64,000 nucleotides of DNA from Lentisphaeria bacterium (GTDB lineage Bacteria; Verrucomicrobiota; Lentisphaeria; Victivallales; UBA1829): positions 8,686 to 72,685 of the forward strand of contig JAFXYP010000036.1 in assembly GCA_017541665.1 (NCBI GenBank), read 5' to 3'. Shown in pieces: positions 1-9,900 of the stretch (the first letter of the stretch is position 1; every line of letters starts with the position of its first letter). Both the position numbers and the translations under genes were made by a program. The notes below the pieces were generated by a model. That model made no database searches. It was not told the DNA's origin and saw only the letters and a program-made list of their open reading frames with translations.

Positions 1-192
1 GACTATATGCGCGAAAACGATTTCCATATCGAAAGCGAAGAGGCGTTTATCGAAGCGGTCGCAAACGGCGGCTACGACGCGGTCGTCTGCGACAGCCGTC
101 TGCGGACCGTCCTGCCCCGCACGCAGGCCTTCCACATCATCGACTTCCCGCATTTCGCCGTCTCCGGGCGGCTGTTCGACGAGGTGAAATAA
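1..192 (+). CDS. 3' end of an upstream CDS of unknown function (partial, enters from outside the window)
   Basis: Frame open from base 1 to TAA at 190-192. Only ~63 codons are visible and no motif was recognised. The stop lies 1 nt before the hypF ATG. Confidence 0.3.
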   Translation, partial: DYMRENDFHIESEEAFIEAVANGGYDAVVCDSRLRTVLPRTQAFHIIDFPHFAVSGRLFDEVK

Positions 193-193
193 G

Positions 194-2533
194 ATGAAAA
201 ACGCAGGCGTTTCCACCACGGTTTACCGCATCTACGGCGTCGTCCAGGGCGTCGGATTCCGGCCGTTCGTCAGCCGGATCGCCGTCCGCGCCGGGCTGAC
301 CGGCAGCGTCGCGAACAAGGGGTCGTATGTGGAGGTCCACGCCCAGGGCGGCGAGGAAGCATTGAAGGCGTTCCGCCTCGCGCTCGAACACGAAGCCCCG
401 CCGCGTTCCGCGATCCTGAAGATTGATTCGCGCGTCCGCACGGAACCCGCCTGTCCGACGTTCGAGATCATCGAGAGCGAACACGAGACCGGGGATATCT
501 TCGTCTCGCCGGACATCGCCACGTGCGACCTTTGTAAACAGGAGCTGTTCGACCCGGCGAACCGCCGGTATCTGCACCCCTTCATCAACTGCACCGCCTG
601 CGGCCCGCGCCTGACCATCCTCGACGCCATGCCGTACGACCGCGAACGCACCAGCATGGGATATTTCCCGATGTGTCCGCAGTGCGAGACCGAGTACACT
701 TCTCCCGAATCCCGCCGCTACGACGCCCAGCCGGTCTGCTGCCACGACTGCGGCCCGGAGGTCTATCTCATCGGACGGCCCGAACGCAACGAGAAAGCGA
801 TCTCCGCCGCCCGCCGCGCCATCCTCGACGGGAAGATCGTGGCGATCAAGGGCATCGGGGGATTCCATCTGTGCTGCAACGCCTTCGACGCCGGCGCCGT
901 GGCGCGTCTGCGCGAACTCAAGCACCGCCCGATGAAGCCCTTCGCCGTGATGATGCGCTCGCTCGAGGCCGTCCGGCGCGAATGCGAAGTCCTGCCCGGC
1001 CAGGAGGAGATCCTGGACGGTCACCAGAAACCGATCATCCTGCTGAAAAAACGCAGGGAAAGCACGCTCCCGGACGTCCTCGCGCCCGGCAACCCGACCC
1101 TCGGCGTGATGCTGCCGTACGCGCCCGTCCAGATGCTGATCTTCCGGTACGACGACGATCTGGCCATGCCGGACTGCCTCGTCATGACCAGCGGCAACGT
1201 CTCCGGCGCACCCATCTGCCGCAGCGACGAGGATGCGCTCGCAGAGATCGCCGGATTCTGCGACGTGATTCTGTCCCATAACCGCCGCATCCGCCTCCGC
1301 GCGGACGATTCCGTCATGGATTACCTGGAGGGGCGCCCGTACATGATCCGCCGCTCGCGCGGCTATGCGCCCCTGCCGTTCTTCGTCTCCGGCGAGTTCC
1401 GCGGGCAGGTGCTCGGCATCGGCGGCGAACTCAAGAACACGTTCTGCCTCGCGAACGGCGGCCTCTTCTATCCGTCGCCCTACATCGGCGACATGGAGGA
1501 CCTCCGCACCGTGCGCGCCTTGCGGGAATCGGTCGCGCGCATGTCCGAACTGCTCGAAATGAAGCCGCGGATCGTCTGCTGCGACCTGCATCCGAAATAC
1601 AATTCGTCCGCCGTCGCGGGCGAGCTCGGCATCCCCGTCATGAAGATCCAGCACCACTACGCCCACGTGCTCTCCTGCATGGTCGAAAACGACTGCATGG
1701 ACGAGGTCATCGGCGTGTCGTTCGACGGCACCGGATACGGCACGGACGGCACGATCTGGGGCGGGGAATTCCTGCTTGCGAAACCCGACGGATTCACCCG
1801 TGCCGGATCCATCCGCCCGTTCCTGCAGGCCGGCGGCGACGCCTCCGCACGCGAAGGCTGGCGCATTGCAGTCTCGATGCTCGCGGGACTTTTCCCGGAC
1901 GAGGGAGAGCGCATCGCCGCCGCGCTCGACCTCTGCGCGCCGGGTGTCTACAAGTTCCAGAAGACCATGCTGGAACGGAACCTGAACTGCGTGGTCTCGA
2001 CCAGCGCGGGCCGCCTCTTCGACGCCGTGAGCGCGATCCTCGGCGTCCGCAAATCCTCCACGTTCGAGGGCGAGGCCTCCACCGCGCAGCAGTTTGCCGC
2101 GGAAGCCTGGCTGGAGACGCATCCCGGACAGCCGGAAACGCCCCTGCCCGGCCCCGCCTTCACGCGGGACGCATCGGGCGCGCTCGTTCTGGCGACCGAC
2201 CAACTCGTGAAGGCGATCGTCCGTGCGCGGCTCGACGGCGCGGATCCCGGCATGCTCGCGGCCCGGTTCCATGCGGCGCTGGCGGATATGATCGCGAAGA
2301 CCTGCGAGGCGATCCGCGCGGACTCCGGTTTGAACACCTGTGCGCTGACTGGCGGCGTGTTCCAGAACCGCCTGCTGACGGTCCGCTGCGCCGCGCTTCT
2401 GCGTGCGGCCGGGTTCCGCGTCCTGCTCCACAGCATGATCCCGCCCAACGACGGCGGGATCGGCGCGGGACAGGCGCTCGCGGCCATGTATTACCTGAAC
2501 CACCCTGAAAATCATTCAGCTGTCTTGGCATAA
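194..2533 (+). CDS. hypF: Carbamoyltransferase HypF ([NiFe]-hydrogenase maturation)
   Basis: 779 aa. N-terminal acylphosphatase motif YGVVQGVGFRPFV. Two zinc-finger pairs (CDLCKQE..CTACGPR and CPQCETE..CHDCGPE). YrdC-like middle region and Kae1-like C-terminal part. GAGGTG Shine-Dalgarno sequence just upstream. Confidence 0.95.
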   Translation: MKNAGVSTTVYRIYGVVQGVGFRPFVSRIAVRAGLTGSVANKGSYVEVHAQGGEEALKAFRLALEHEAPPRSAILKIDSRVRTEPACPTFEIIESEHETGDIFVSPDIATCDLCKQELFDPANRRYLHPFINCTACGPRLTILDAMPYDRERTSMGYFPMCPQCETEYTSPESRRYDAQPVCCHDCGPEVYLIGRPERNEKAISAARRAILDGKIVAIKGIGGFHLCCNAFDAGAVARLRELKHRPMKPFAVMMRSLEAVRRECEVLPGQEEILDGHQKPIILLKKRRESTLPDVLAPGNPTLGVMLPYAPVQMLIFRYDDDLAMPDCLVMTSGNVSGAPICRSDEDALAEIAGFCDVILSHNRRIRLRADDSVMDYLEGRPYMIRRSRGYAPLPFFVSGEFRGQVLGIGGELKNTFCLANGGLFYPSPYIGDMEDLRTVRALRESVARMSELLEMKPRIVCCDLHPKYNSSAVAGELGIPVMKIQHHYAHVLSCMVENDCMDEVIGVSFDGTGYGTDGTIWGGEFLLAKPDGFTRAGSIRPFLQAGGDASAREGWRIAVSMLAGLFPDEGERIAAALDLCAPGVYKFQKTMLERNLNCVVSTSAGRLFDAVSAILGVRKSSTFEGEASTAQQFAAEAWLETHPGQPETPLPGPAFTRDASGALVLATDQLVKAIVRARLDGADPGMLAARFHAALADMIAKTCEAIRADSGLNTCALTGGVFQNRLLTVRCAALLRAAGFRVLLHSMIPPNDGGIGAGQALAAMYYLNHPENHSAVLA

Positions 2534-2544
2534 AGGATTCCGCT

Positions 2545-3042
2545 ATGAAAAAGCATACAAAAAACACGCTTATCGCAATCCTGATACTCCTTTTTAATCC
2601 GATCACACTGTATCTTGCTTTTTTTACCTACGGGGAAAGCGTGAAAGCTTGTAAATATCCGGACGATTTCGAGATCTTTTACCGGATTCTGAATCCGCTG
2701 AAGGAGAAATATGAACTCGCCGAGGCCGACTGCGGATACAGCTTAAATCACATCATGTGGATCAAAATCACGGCGAAGGACCCGCAAAAGGTGTTCGACA
2801 TCGCAAAGGACATTTATGAGATCAAACAGAATTCCGAATATCTTGTGAAAGATTCGTTCGAGGTCGAGATCACGAGCGGCGATCCGGGTGTGAAGATGAA
2901 ATACAGGATCGCGGGCGAGTCCGGATACCGGGGATACCGCAAATGGCAAGACGGGATTCTGGAGGATGTGAAACGGCTCGAAGAGGAGTACCGCGTGAAA
3001 ACAAAGGAAAAAGAGCTTGGCACGACACAGATTCCCCAATAA
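2545..3042 (+). CDS. Hypothetical N-terminally membrane-anchored protein, compositionally atypical insert inside the hyp operon
   Basis: 165-aa ORF. One hydrophobic helix (LIAILILLFNPITLYLAFF) followed by a K/E-rich soluble part. Visibly AT-richer than the flanking hyp genes. No family recognised. Confidence 0.55.
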   Translation: MKKHTKNTLIAILILLFNPITLYLAFFTYGESVKACKYPDDFEIFYRILNPLKEKYELAEADCGYSLNHIMWIKITAKDPQKVFDIAKDIYEIKQNSEYLVKDSFEVEITSGDPGVKMKYRIAGESGYRGYRKWQDGILEDVKRLEEEYRVKTKEKELGTTQIPQ

Positions 3043-3117
3043 AACGATCATTCTTTTTAACAATATCTGCAACCTTTTTGCATTCAACCATATAAAAACC
3101 AGAGAAGGAGAAGGCTT

Positions 3118-3336
3118 ATGTGTGTAGGTCTTTCTGCAAGAGTAGTCAGCATTGAGGACGGGACCGCCCTCATCGACGCATCCGGCGCCAGGCGCAAGGT
3201 GTCGGCCGACCTGATCGACGACCTGGAGCCCGGCGATTACGTCATGGTCCACGCCGGCGTCGCCATCGCGAAGATCACCGACACCGACGCGGGCGAAACC
3301 CGCAAGATCATGGAGTCCCTCGATGGAATCGGCTAA
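3118..3336 (+). CDS. hypC: Hydrogenase assembly chaperone HypC/HupF
   Basis: 72 aa starting MCVGLSARV (essential Cys2 motif), with the HypC-typical ..GDYVMVHAGVAI.. AGGAGAAGG SD upstream. Confidence 0.9.
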   Translation: MCVGLSARVVSIEDGTALIDASGARRKVSADLIDDLEPGDYVMVHAGVAIAKITDTDAGETRKIMESLDGIG

Positions 3337-4366
3337 AGAGATCATCGAATCCTACCGCGGGCGCAAGCTCCGCATCATGGAGGTCTGCGGCACCCACACC
3401 CACGAGATCTTCCGCCTGGGCATCCGCCGCATCCTGCCGCCGCAGATCGAACTGATCTCCGGCCCCGGCTGCCCCGTGTGCGTCACGCCCGCCGGGTTCA
3501 TCGATGAGGCCGTGATGCTCGCGCTCGAACACGGCGCGGTCATCTGCACGTTCGGCGACCTGATCCGCGTGCCCGGCTCGGAAATGAGCCTCGCGGGGGC
3601 GCGTCCCAAAGGGGCTGTGGTGAAGACCGTCTACTCCCCGCTGGACGCGGTCGATTTCGCGCGGGAGAACCCGGACAAACAGGTCGTGTTCCTGGCGGTC
3701 GGGTTCGAGACGACCGTCCCGGCGGCGTGCCTGGCTGTGAAGAAGGCCGCCGAGGAAGGGCTCTCGAACTTCTCGATCCTCGGCGCGAACAAGACCATGC
3801 CGAACGCGTACAAGGCGCTGAAGGGCAGCGCGGATGCGTTTCTCTATCCCGGCCATGTGAACGCCATCACGGGCACCGCCGTCTGCGAAGACCTCGTGAA
3901 GCTCGGCGTGTCCGGCGTCGTCGCGGGATTCACCGCCGACGAGATCCTCACCGCGCTGGCGGTCATCGTCCGGCTCTCCGCCTCCGGCGAACCGTTCTTC
4001 CGCAACTGCTATCCGCGCGTGGTGCGGCCGGAGGGCTCGCCCGCCGCGCTGAAGCTGATGGACGCGGTCATGGAGCCGTGCGACACGGAGTGGCGCGGGC
4101 TCGGCGTGATCCCGATGTCCGGCTTGCGGCTCCGTCCGGCGTTCGCCGAATACGACGCGCGCCTGAAATTCGACCTGCCGCCCGTCGCGGGCCGGAGCAA
4201 TCCCGCCTGCCGCTGCGGCGAGGTGCTTCAGGGGAAATGCAAATCCACCGACTGCAAACTTTTCGGGACCGTATGCACCCCGCTCCACCCGGTCGGGGCA
4301 TGCATGGTTTCCAACGAAGGGGCGTGTTCCGCCTACTACCAATATGGAGATGTTCTGAATGGATAA
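3323..4366 (+). CDS. hypD: Hydrogenase maturation factor HypD
   Basis: 347 aa. CGTHTHEI (CGxHxH) motif, GPGCPVCV motif and C-terminal Cys cluster. Overlaps the hypC end by 14 nt. Confidence 0.95.
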   Translation: MESAKEIIESYRGRKLRIMEVCGTHTHEIFRLGIRRILPPQIELISGPGCPVCVTPAGFIDEAVMLALEHGAVICTFGDLIRVPGSEMSLAGARPKGAVVKTVYSPLDAVDFARENPDKQVVFLAVGFETTVPAACLAVKKAAEEGLSNFSILGANKTMPNAYKALKGSADAFLYPGHVNAITGTAVCEDLVKLGVSGVVAGFTADEILTALAVIVRLSASGEPFFRNCYPRVVRPEGSPAALKLMDAVMEPCDTEWRGLGVIPMSGLRLRPAFAEYDARLKFDLPPVAGRSNPACRCGEVLQGKCKSTDCKLFGTVCTPLHPVGACMVSNEGACSAYYQYGDVLNG

Positions 4367-5369
4367 CAACGAATTCGTCACACTCGCCCACGGCGCGGGC
4401 GGACGGCAGACCGCCGAGCTCATCGAACGCGTTTTCAAGGCGCATTTTTCCAACCCGGACTTCACCGGCGACGATGCCGCGGTCCTGCCCGTGGACGCCG
4501 GGAAGATCGCATTCACCACCGACGGCTTCATCGTGTCGCCGTTCGAGTTCCCCGGCGGCAACATCGGCAAGCTCAGCATCTGCGGCACGGTCAACGACCT
4601 CGCGTGCATGGGCGCGAAACCTCTTTACCTCTCCTGCGCGTTCGTGATCGAGGAGGGGTTCCCGCTCGCCAAGCTCGAGGAGATCGCCGCCGCCATGAAG
4701 AAGACCGCCGACGAGGCCGGAGTCCGCATCGTGGCGGGCGACACCAAGGTCGCGGGCAAGGGCCAGGTCGACCACGTCTTCATCACCACGACCGGCGTCG
4801 GCCGGCTCACCGAGGGCGTCCGCACGTCCGGCGCGTTCGCGAAACCCGGCGACGCCGTGATCGTGACCGGCGACATCGGCCGTCACGGCTGCACGATCCT
4901 GCTCGCGCGCAACGAATTCGAGATCGACGCCGACGTCACCAGCGACTGCGCCCCGCTCTGGGGCACGGTAAAGAGCATGCTCGACGTCTCGCACGACATC
5001 CATGTGATCCGCGACGCCACGCGCGGCGGTGTCGGCACCGTCCTGTACGAGATCGCCGACCAGAGCAAGGTCGGAATCCGCATCAATGCCGCCGACGTCC
5101 CCGTCGCCCCAGAAGTGCGCGGCGTCTGCGGCATGCTCGGGCTGGAACCGCTCTACCTCGCATGCGAGGGGCGTCTCGTCGTCTTCGCTCCGAAATCCGA
5201 GGCGCAGGCCGTCCTCGACGCGCTCCGCAAGGGCCCCTACTCCGCCAACGCCGCGATCATCGGCGAAGTCATCGCCGACCACCCCGGCAAGGTCGTCATG
5301 ACCACCGAAATCGGCGCGCAGTCGCTCCTGCCCCAGCCCGGCGGCGAGCTTCTCCCGCGCATCTGTTAG
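4359..5369 (+). CDS. hypE: Hydrogenase maturation carbamoyl dehydratase HypE
   Basis: 336 aa. AIR-synthase/PurM-like fold motifs (LAHGAGG, DDAAV). The invariant C-terminal PRIC ends the protein. Confidence 0.95.
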   Translation: MDNNEFVTLAHGAGGRQTAELIERVFKAHFSNPDFTGDDAAVLPVDAGKIAFTTDGFIVSPFEFPGGNIGKLSICGTVNDLACMGAKPLYLSCAFVIEEGFPLAKLEEIAAAMKKTADEAGVRIVAGDTKVAGKGQVDHVFITTTGVGRLTEGVRTSGAFAKPGDAVIVTGDIGRHGCTILLARNEFEIDADVTSDCAPLWGTVKSMLDVSHDIHVIRDATRGGVGTVLYEIADQSKVGIRINAADVPVAPEVRGVCGMLGLEPLYLACEGRLVVFAPKSEAQAVLDALRKGPYSANAAIIGEVIADHPGKVVMTTEIGAQSLLPQPGGELLPRIC

Positions 5370-5455
5370 ACCGCAAGCGGTCCTGATACTGTGTCCGGCT
5401 TCGCTCGGACACACCGCAAGCGGTCCTGATACTGTGTCCGGCTTCGCTCGGACAC
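5370..5455. repeat. Perfect tandem duplication (2 x 43 bp), each unit carrying a 7-bp-stem palindrome (REP-like element)
   Basis: ACCGCAAGCGGTCCTGATACTGTGTCCGGCTTCGCTCGGACAC at 5370-5412 is repeated exactly at 5413-5455. Each unit contains GTGTCCG..CGGACAC and ACCGC..GCGGT inverted repeats. Confidence 0.9.
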
Positions 5456-5475
5456 GAAAAAAACAACATACCTCC

Positions 5476-5509
5476 CCGTCGGAGATGCCGAGTCTCCGGC
5501 GGTTTTTTT
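5476..5509 (+). terminator. Rho-independent terminator of the hyp operon
   Basis: Stem CCGTCGGAGA (5476-5485) pairs with TCTCCGGCGG (5493-5502), with one G-U pair. 7-nt loop, then T7 (5503-5509). Confidence 0.75.
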
Positions 5510-5652
5510 GTAAGATTTGACATCCGCCTAACTGCCACGGAAACATTCCGGAAGACAGGAAAAAATACATACCGGACACCGAAAAGACGTATGCACCCGG
5601 GCAAAAGATGTAGTTTTTAATATTTTATCGCCGTTTTTTCCTTGTTTTGCGT

Positions 5653-5680
5653 TTGACATTGCTGAGATTACATGTATTTT
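5653..5680 (+). promoter_or_regulatory. Possible sigma70-like promoter for the AraC-family gene
   Basis: TTGACA (5653-5658), 16-nt spacer, TATTTT (5675-5680), in an AT-rich gap ~90 nt upstream of the ATG at 5771. The promoter consensus of this organism is unknown. Confidence 0.3.
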
Positions 5681-5770
5681 ATGTTAGAACATGCAAACCG
5701 AACGGGACACGCCCGGCGTCAGCACGCCGGACGCCCCGGAGCAACACACAAACACTCATGAACTTTTGTT

Positions 5771-6886
5771 ATGTTTGAACTGCCAAAAAAATTCGACCGG
5801 GAATACAGCGGCATCTTCCGCACCATCGGACGCGACGTCTTTTCCACCGGTATCCTCAAGAAAGAAAACGTCTCCATCGACTGGCAGGGCGGCACGTTCC
5901 CGCTCTTCTCCGTCTCGGTCGTGCTCCGCGGGCGCGGCACCTACGTCGACGAGGACGGCACGGAATACCCCCTGATGCCGGGCAAGCTCTTCTTCCGCAT
6001 CCCGAGGCGGAAACACGCCACCTACATCGAGGAGAACAGCCACTGGCTGGAGTTCTACATGTCCTGCCATTTCATGAGCGACGACGTGGCGGATTACGGC
6101 GGCCTCCAGCCGCACGACCACATGGAGCTGGACGAGAAGCGCGAGGGCTACCTGAAGCTGAAGAACATGCCCGGGCAGGACGACAAATGGATCGGCGCCA
6201 TGTGCAAGCACATCTTCTGCGTGAACATGCAGACGCCCGTGCGCGACATCGACTTCTCGCTCGCGCTCCTCAACGAGTGTTTCGACTTCATCTCCTTCAT
6301 GAACAACGAGACGAACCAGTCGAAGATCCCGCTCGAGATGTTCGCCCTGATCACGAAGCTCCTGAAGAGCCGCCGCGAGGATTTCTCCGACCGCATCACC
6401 TCCGAGATCAAGAAGATCATCCTCGAAAACCTCACGGACAACCGTTCCCTGCCCGAACTGCTGAAGGACCTCCCGCTCAGCTATCCGTCCCTGCGCCAGC
6501 ATTTCATGCGCGTGATGGGGCACAACATCGGCGAATACCAGATCCAGTGCCGCATGGAGGAGGCCGTGAACATGCTCATGCGCGGCGTGAGCGTGAAGGA
6601 AACGGCGTTCAACCTGGGCTACAAGGACCAGTTCTTCTTCTCCAAGCAGTTCCACCAGAAGCTCGGCTACCCGCCCAGCGCCATCAACCCGCTGAACCCG
6701 CGCGGCGTCAAACGGTACCAGCCGAAGACCCCTGCGGAACCGGAACCCGTTCCGGCGAAGAGCGTTCCGGCGAAACAGGCCGCCGCCCGCACCGCAACGA
6801 AAGCGCAGGTCCCGCCGCTGCCGCCGCCGAAGGTCAGGAAGAACGCTTCTTCGACGAAGAAGTCCCTCGCGAAATCCGGCAAATAA
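5771..6886 (+). CDS. AraC/XylS-family transcriptional regulator with a Pro/Ala/Lys-rich C-terminal tail
   Basis: 371 aa. N-terminal cupin-like sensor part. C-terminal double HTH (LPELLKDLPLSYPSLRQHFMRVMG..ETAFNLGYKDQFFFSKQFHQKLGYPPS). This is followed by a ~70-aa tail, PKTPAEPEPVPAKSVPAKQAAARTATKAQVPPLPPPKVRK. Confidence 0.85.
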   Translation: MFELPKKFDREYSGIFRTIGRDVFSTGILKKENVSIDWQGGTFPLFSVSVVLRGRGTYVDEDGTEYPLMPGKLFFRIPRRKHATYIEENSHWLEFYMSCHFMSDDVADYGGLQPHDHMELDEKREGYLKLKNMPGQDDKWIGAMCKHIFCVNMQTPVRDIDFSLALLNECFDFISFMNNETNQSKIPLEMFALITKLLKSRREDFSDRITSEIKKIILENLTDNRSLPELLKDLPLSYPSLRQHFMRVMGHNIGEYQIQCRMEEAVNMLMRGVSVKETAFNLGYKDQFFFSKQFHQKLGYPPSAINPLNPRGVKRYQPKTPAEPEPVPAKSVPAKQAAARTATKAQVPPLPPPKVRKNASSTKKSLAKSGK

Positions 6887-6963
6887 GACGCCATCCGTGC
6901 GGCTCTCCACGAACCGCATTTTTTCCGCAGATCAGACATTCAATACTCCACAGGACTGCCCCC

Positions 6964-9900
6964 ATGTCAGAAGAAATGAGCCCCGTTGCGCCGGATGCAG
7001 CTCCACAGCTGACCGCCGAACTCGAATTCCTCCCGTTCTTCAATCTCGCGTTCCAGCAGAACAACATCCCCGCGGTGCAGGAACTGAAGCTGTCCAACCG
7101 GTCGGACCGGCCGCTGGCAGGACTGGTATGCACGTTCAGCTCGTCCCCGGAGATGATCCAGCCAAAGACGATCCACGCGGAGGAGATTGCGCCGGGCGAG
7201 ACGCTGGCGATGCATGGCCTCGGGATCGAACTCAATTTCGATTTTCTGACGGCGCTTTCCGAGGCGGTCAGGGGAAAACTGAAATTGGACGTCTTCCGGA
7301 ACGGGCAGGCTTTGTGCAGCCGGGAATACGGCATCACGGCATTCGCCGCCGACCAGTGGACCGGGCGGGATGTCATGCCGGAACTCCTCGCGGCATTCGT
7401 CACGCCGAACCTGGACGTGATCTCCGAGCTTCAGGCGCGAACGTCCGAAGAACTCCGCAAGGCGACCGGCGACGCCTCCATTGACGGCTACCATTCCGGC
7501 AAACGCGAACGCGTGTATGAAATCTGCGCAGCGATTTACCGCGCGGTCTATTCGTGGGGCATCCATTACTCGCTGCCGCCGTCTTCGATCGGGACGCCCG
7601 GGCAACGCATCCGCTTCGCCGACAACATCTTCCAGTATAAGCTCGGGACCTGCCTCGACACGACCGTGCTGTTCGCATCCGTCATGGAACAATGCGGCCT
7701 GCATCCGGTCATCATGCTCCAGACGGGGCACGCCTATATCGGCTGCCATTTGGTCGACCGGTATTTCCCGGACATCCCGATGGACGACCTGCAGGCAATC
7801 CGCAAACTCGTCGACCTGGACGAATTCCTGGTACTGGAAACGACTGCCGTGTGTTCGGGCGACAATGCCACGTTTTCCAAGGCGGAAGCGATTGCGCGCA
7901 CAAGCCATCTGAACATCGACGAGGATTTCCACTGCGCCATCGACATCTGCCGCGCCCGCCGCAGCGGGATACGCCCCCTGCCCCTGAAACGCAGCGTCAA
8001 CGGACTGGAGCTCGCACCCGTCGAAAACGATGTGGATAAACTCGGCCCGGAGGAAATGCGGACACTTCAGGAGCAAGTGGACCTCTCCTCGCTGGAAAAC
8101 GGCGGGACGCAGTCCGGGCGGGTGCGCCACTGGACGCAGAAACTGCTGGACCTTTCGCTGCGGAACCGTCTGCTGAACGTGCGCGACACGAAACAGATCA
8201 TCCCGATCGCATGCACCGACATAACAGTGCTGGAGGACAAACTCGCCGCGGACGAGAACATCGCGCTCAACACGCTTTCCAATCTCCTGAACGAAAAAGA
8301 CATCCATGACCTGGCGATGCTCCGCAACAGCGAAGTGAAGACAGAGATCAAGGCCCTGCTCGACTCCGAGCTGAACCAGCACCGCCTGTGGAGCATCCTG
8401 CCTCCGCCGGAACTCAACAAACGCATCCTCGCGGTCTACCGTCAGAGCAAATCGGACCTGGAGGAAGGCGGCGTCAACACGCTTTTCCTCGCGATCGGAT
8501 TCCTGGAGTGGAAGCAGACCGAACGGGACGCGAAATCCTATCTGGCGCCCATTCTGCTGGTCCCGATCCAGATCCGGCGCAAGTCCGTCGCAGAGGGGTT
8601 CCGCATTTCCCGCCTGGACGAGGACACCATGATCAACGAAACGCTGCTGGAGCTCCTCCGCAGCCAGTTCCGCCTGACGGTCCCCGGCCTCGACCCGCTC
8701 CCGGCCGACGAGTCCGGCGTGGACGTGGCGCGCGTGATGCAGATCTTCCGCCAGACGCTCAAGGACATGAAGGGTTGGGAGGTCCGCGAGGAAGCCCGCA
8801 TCGGGCTCTTCTCGTTCAGCAAGTTCATCATGTGGAACGATTTGACGGCACGGCAGGACGATCTCCGCAAAAATGCGCTCGTCAGCCACCTGATCGAAGG
8901 CGGCGGACTCTTCGACGACGGGATCGAAGTTTTCCCGCCGGAGGAGATCGCGCAGCATCTGGACCTGAAAAACCTCTGCTGCCCCTTGAGCGCGGACTCT
9001 TCTCAACTGGCCGCCGTCATCTACTCCGGCAGGGGAAAGAGCTTCGTGCTGCACGGCCCGCCCGGCACCGGCAAATCCCAGACCATCACGAACATCATCG
9101 CATACAACCTGGCGCTCGGACGCCGCGTGCTCTTCGTCTCCGAGAAGAAAGCCGCGCTCGACGTAGTCCATAACCGCCTCACGAAGATCGGCCTGAAGCC
9201 GTTCTGCCTGGAGCTTCACTCCAACAAGGCAGGCAAGACCGAGGTGCTGAAACAGTTCGCCGAGGCGCTTCAAATCCCGGAAACCGCCTCGCCCGCCGAG
9301 TGGGACGACGTCGTCGCGTCCATGGAACAGACCCGCGAAGAGCTCAACCGCTATGTCCGCGAGCTTCACAACGTATATCCGAACGGGCTTTCCGCCTACG
9401 ACTGTTTCTCGCGGACGCTCCCGCTGGCGGAGCAGCCCGATCCCGAACTCGCACCGGAGATCGACTTTCTGACGCAGACGCGCGAGGCCCGGGAGACCCT
9501 GGAACGCCTCGTCGCCGACCTCGCGATCGCGTTCCGGGGCACGTCGACCGATGCGCTGGACGCCACGCGCATCCTGGATCCCGTCCCGTGGTCGCCCGTA
9601 CAGGAAAACAATCTTCTGAAATCCGCCCGCGTGCTCGCATCCGCCGCGGGAACGTTGAAGGACGCATTCGCCGCGGTCGCACCGCTTCTTTCCATGCCCC
9701 CGCACTCCGCGAACATCCCCGCCATCCGCAAGACCGCCGAACTCGCCGCACTGTTCCCGGCTGTCCGGGACATCCCGGCGAACCTTGTCTGCGCGCAGTT
9801 CCCGTCGCATGCGGAGTTCCTGAAGGCGTATCTCGCGGACGACCGCCGCCGCGCCGAACTGGAAAGCAGGCTGAAGCCGTACCGACTGGACGTCTTCCCC

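Noticed and set aside
137-2515. 792-aa ORF antisense to hypF
   Set aside because: Arg/Gly/Ala/Val/Asp-rich shadow frame typical of high-GC DNA, with no motifs. The opposite strand encodes a complete, motif-rich HypF.
5370-5455. Possible CRISPR array
   Set aside because: There are only two directly adjacent identical 43-bp units with no spacers and no cas genes in the window. It is a tandem duplication of a palindromic element.
6187-6963. N-terminal 259-codon extension of the helicase ORF overlapping the araC-like gene
   Set aside because: The extension is Arg/Pro/His-rich, lies out of frame over a well-supported AraC gene, and has no start context. The first ATG after the araC-like stop (6964) gives a sensible N-terminus.
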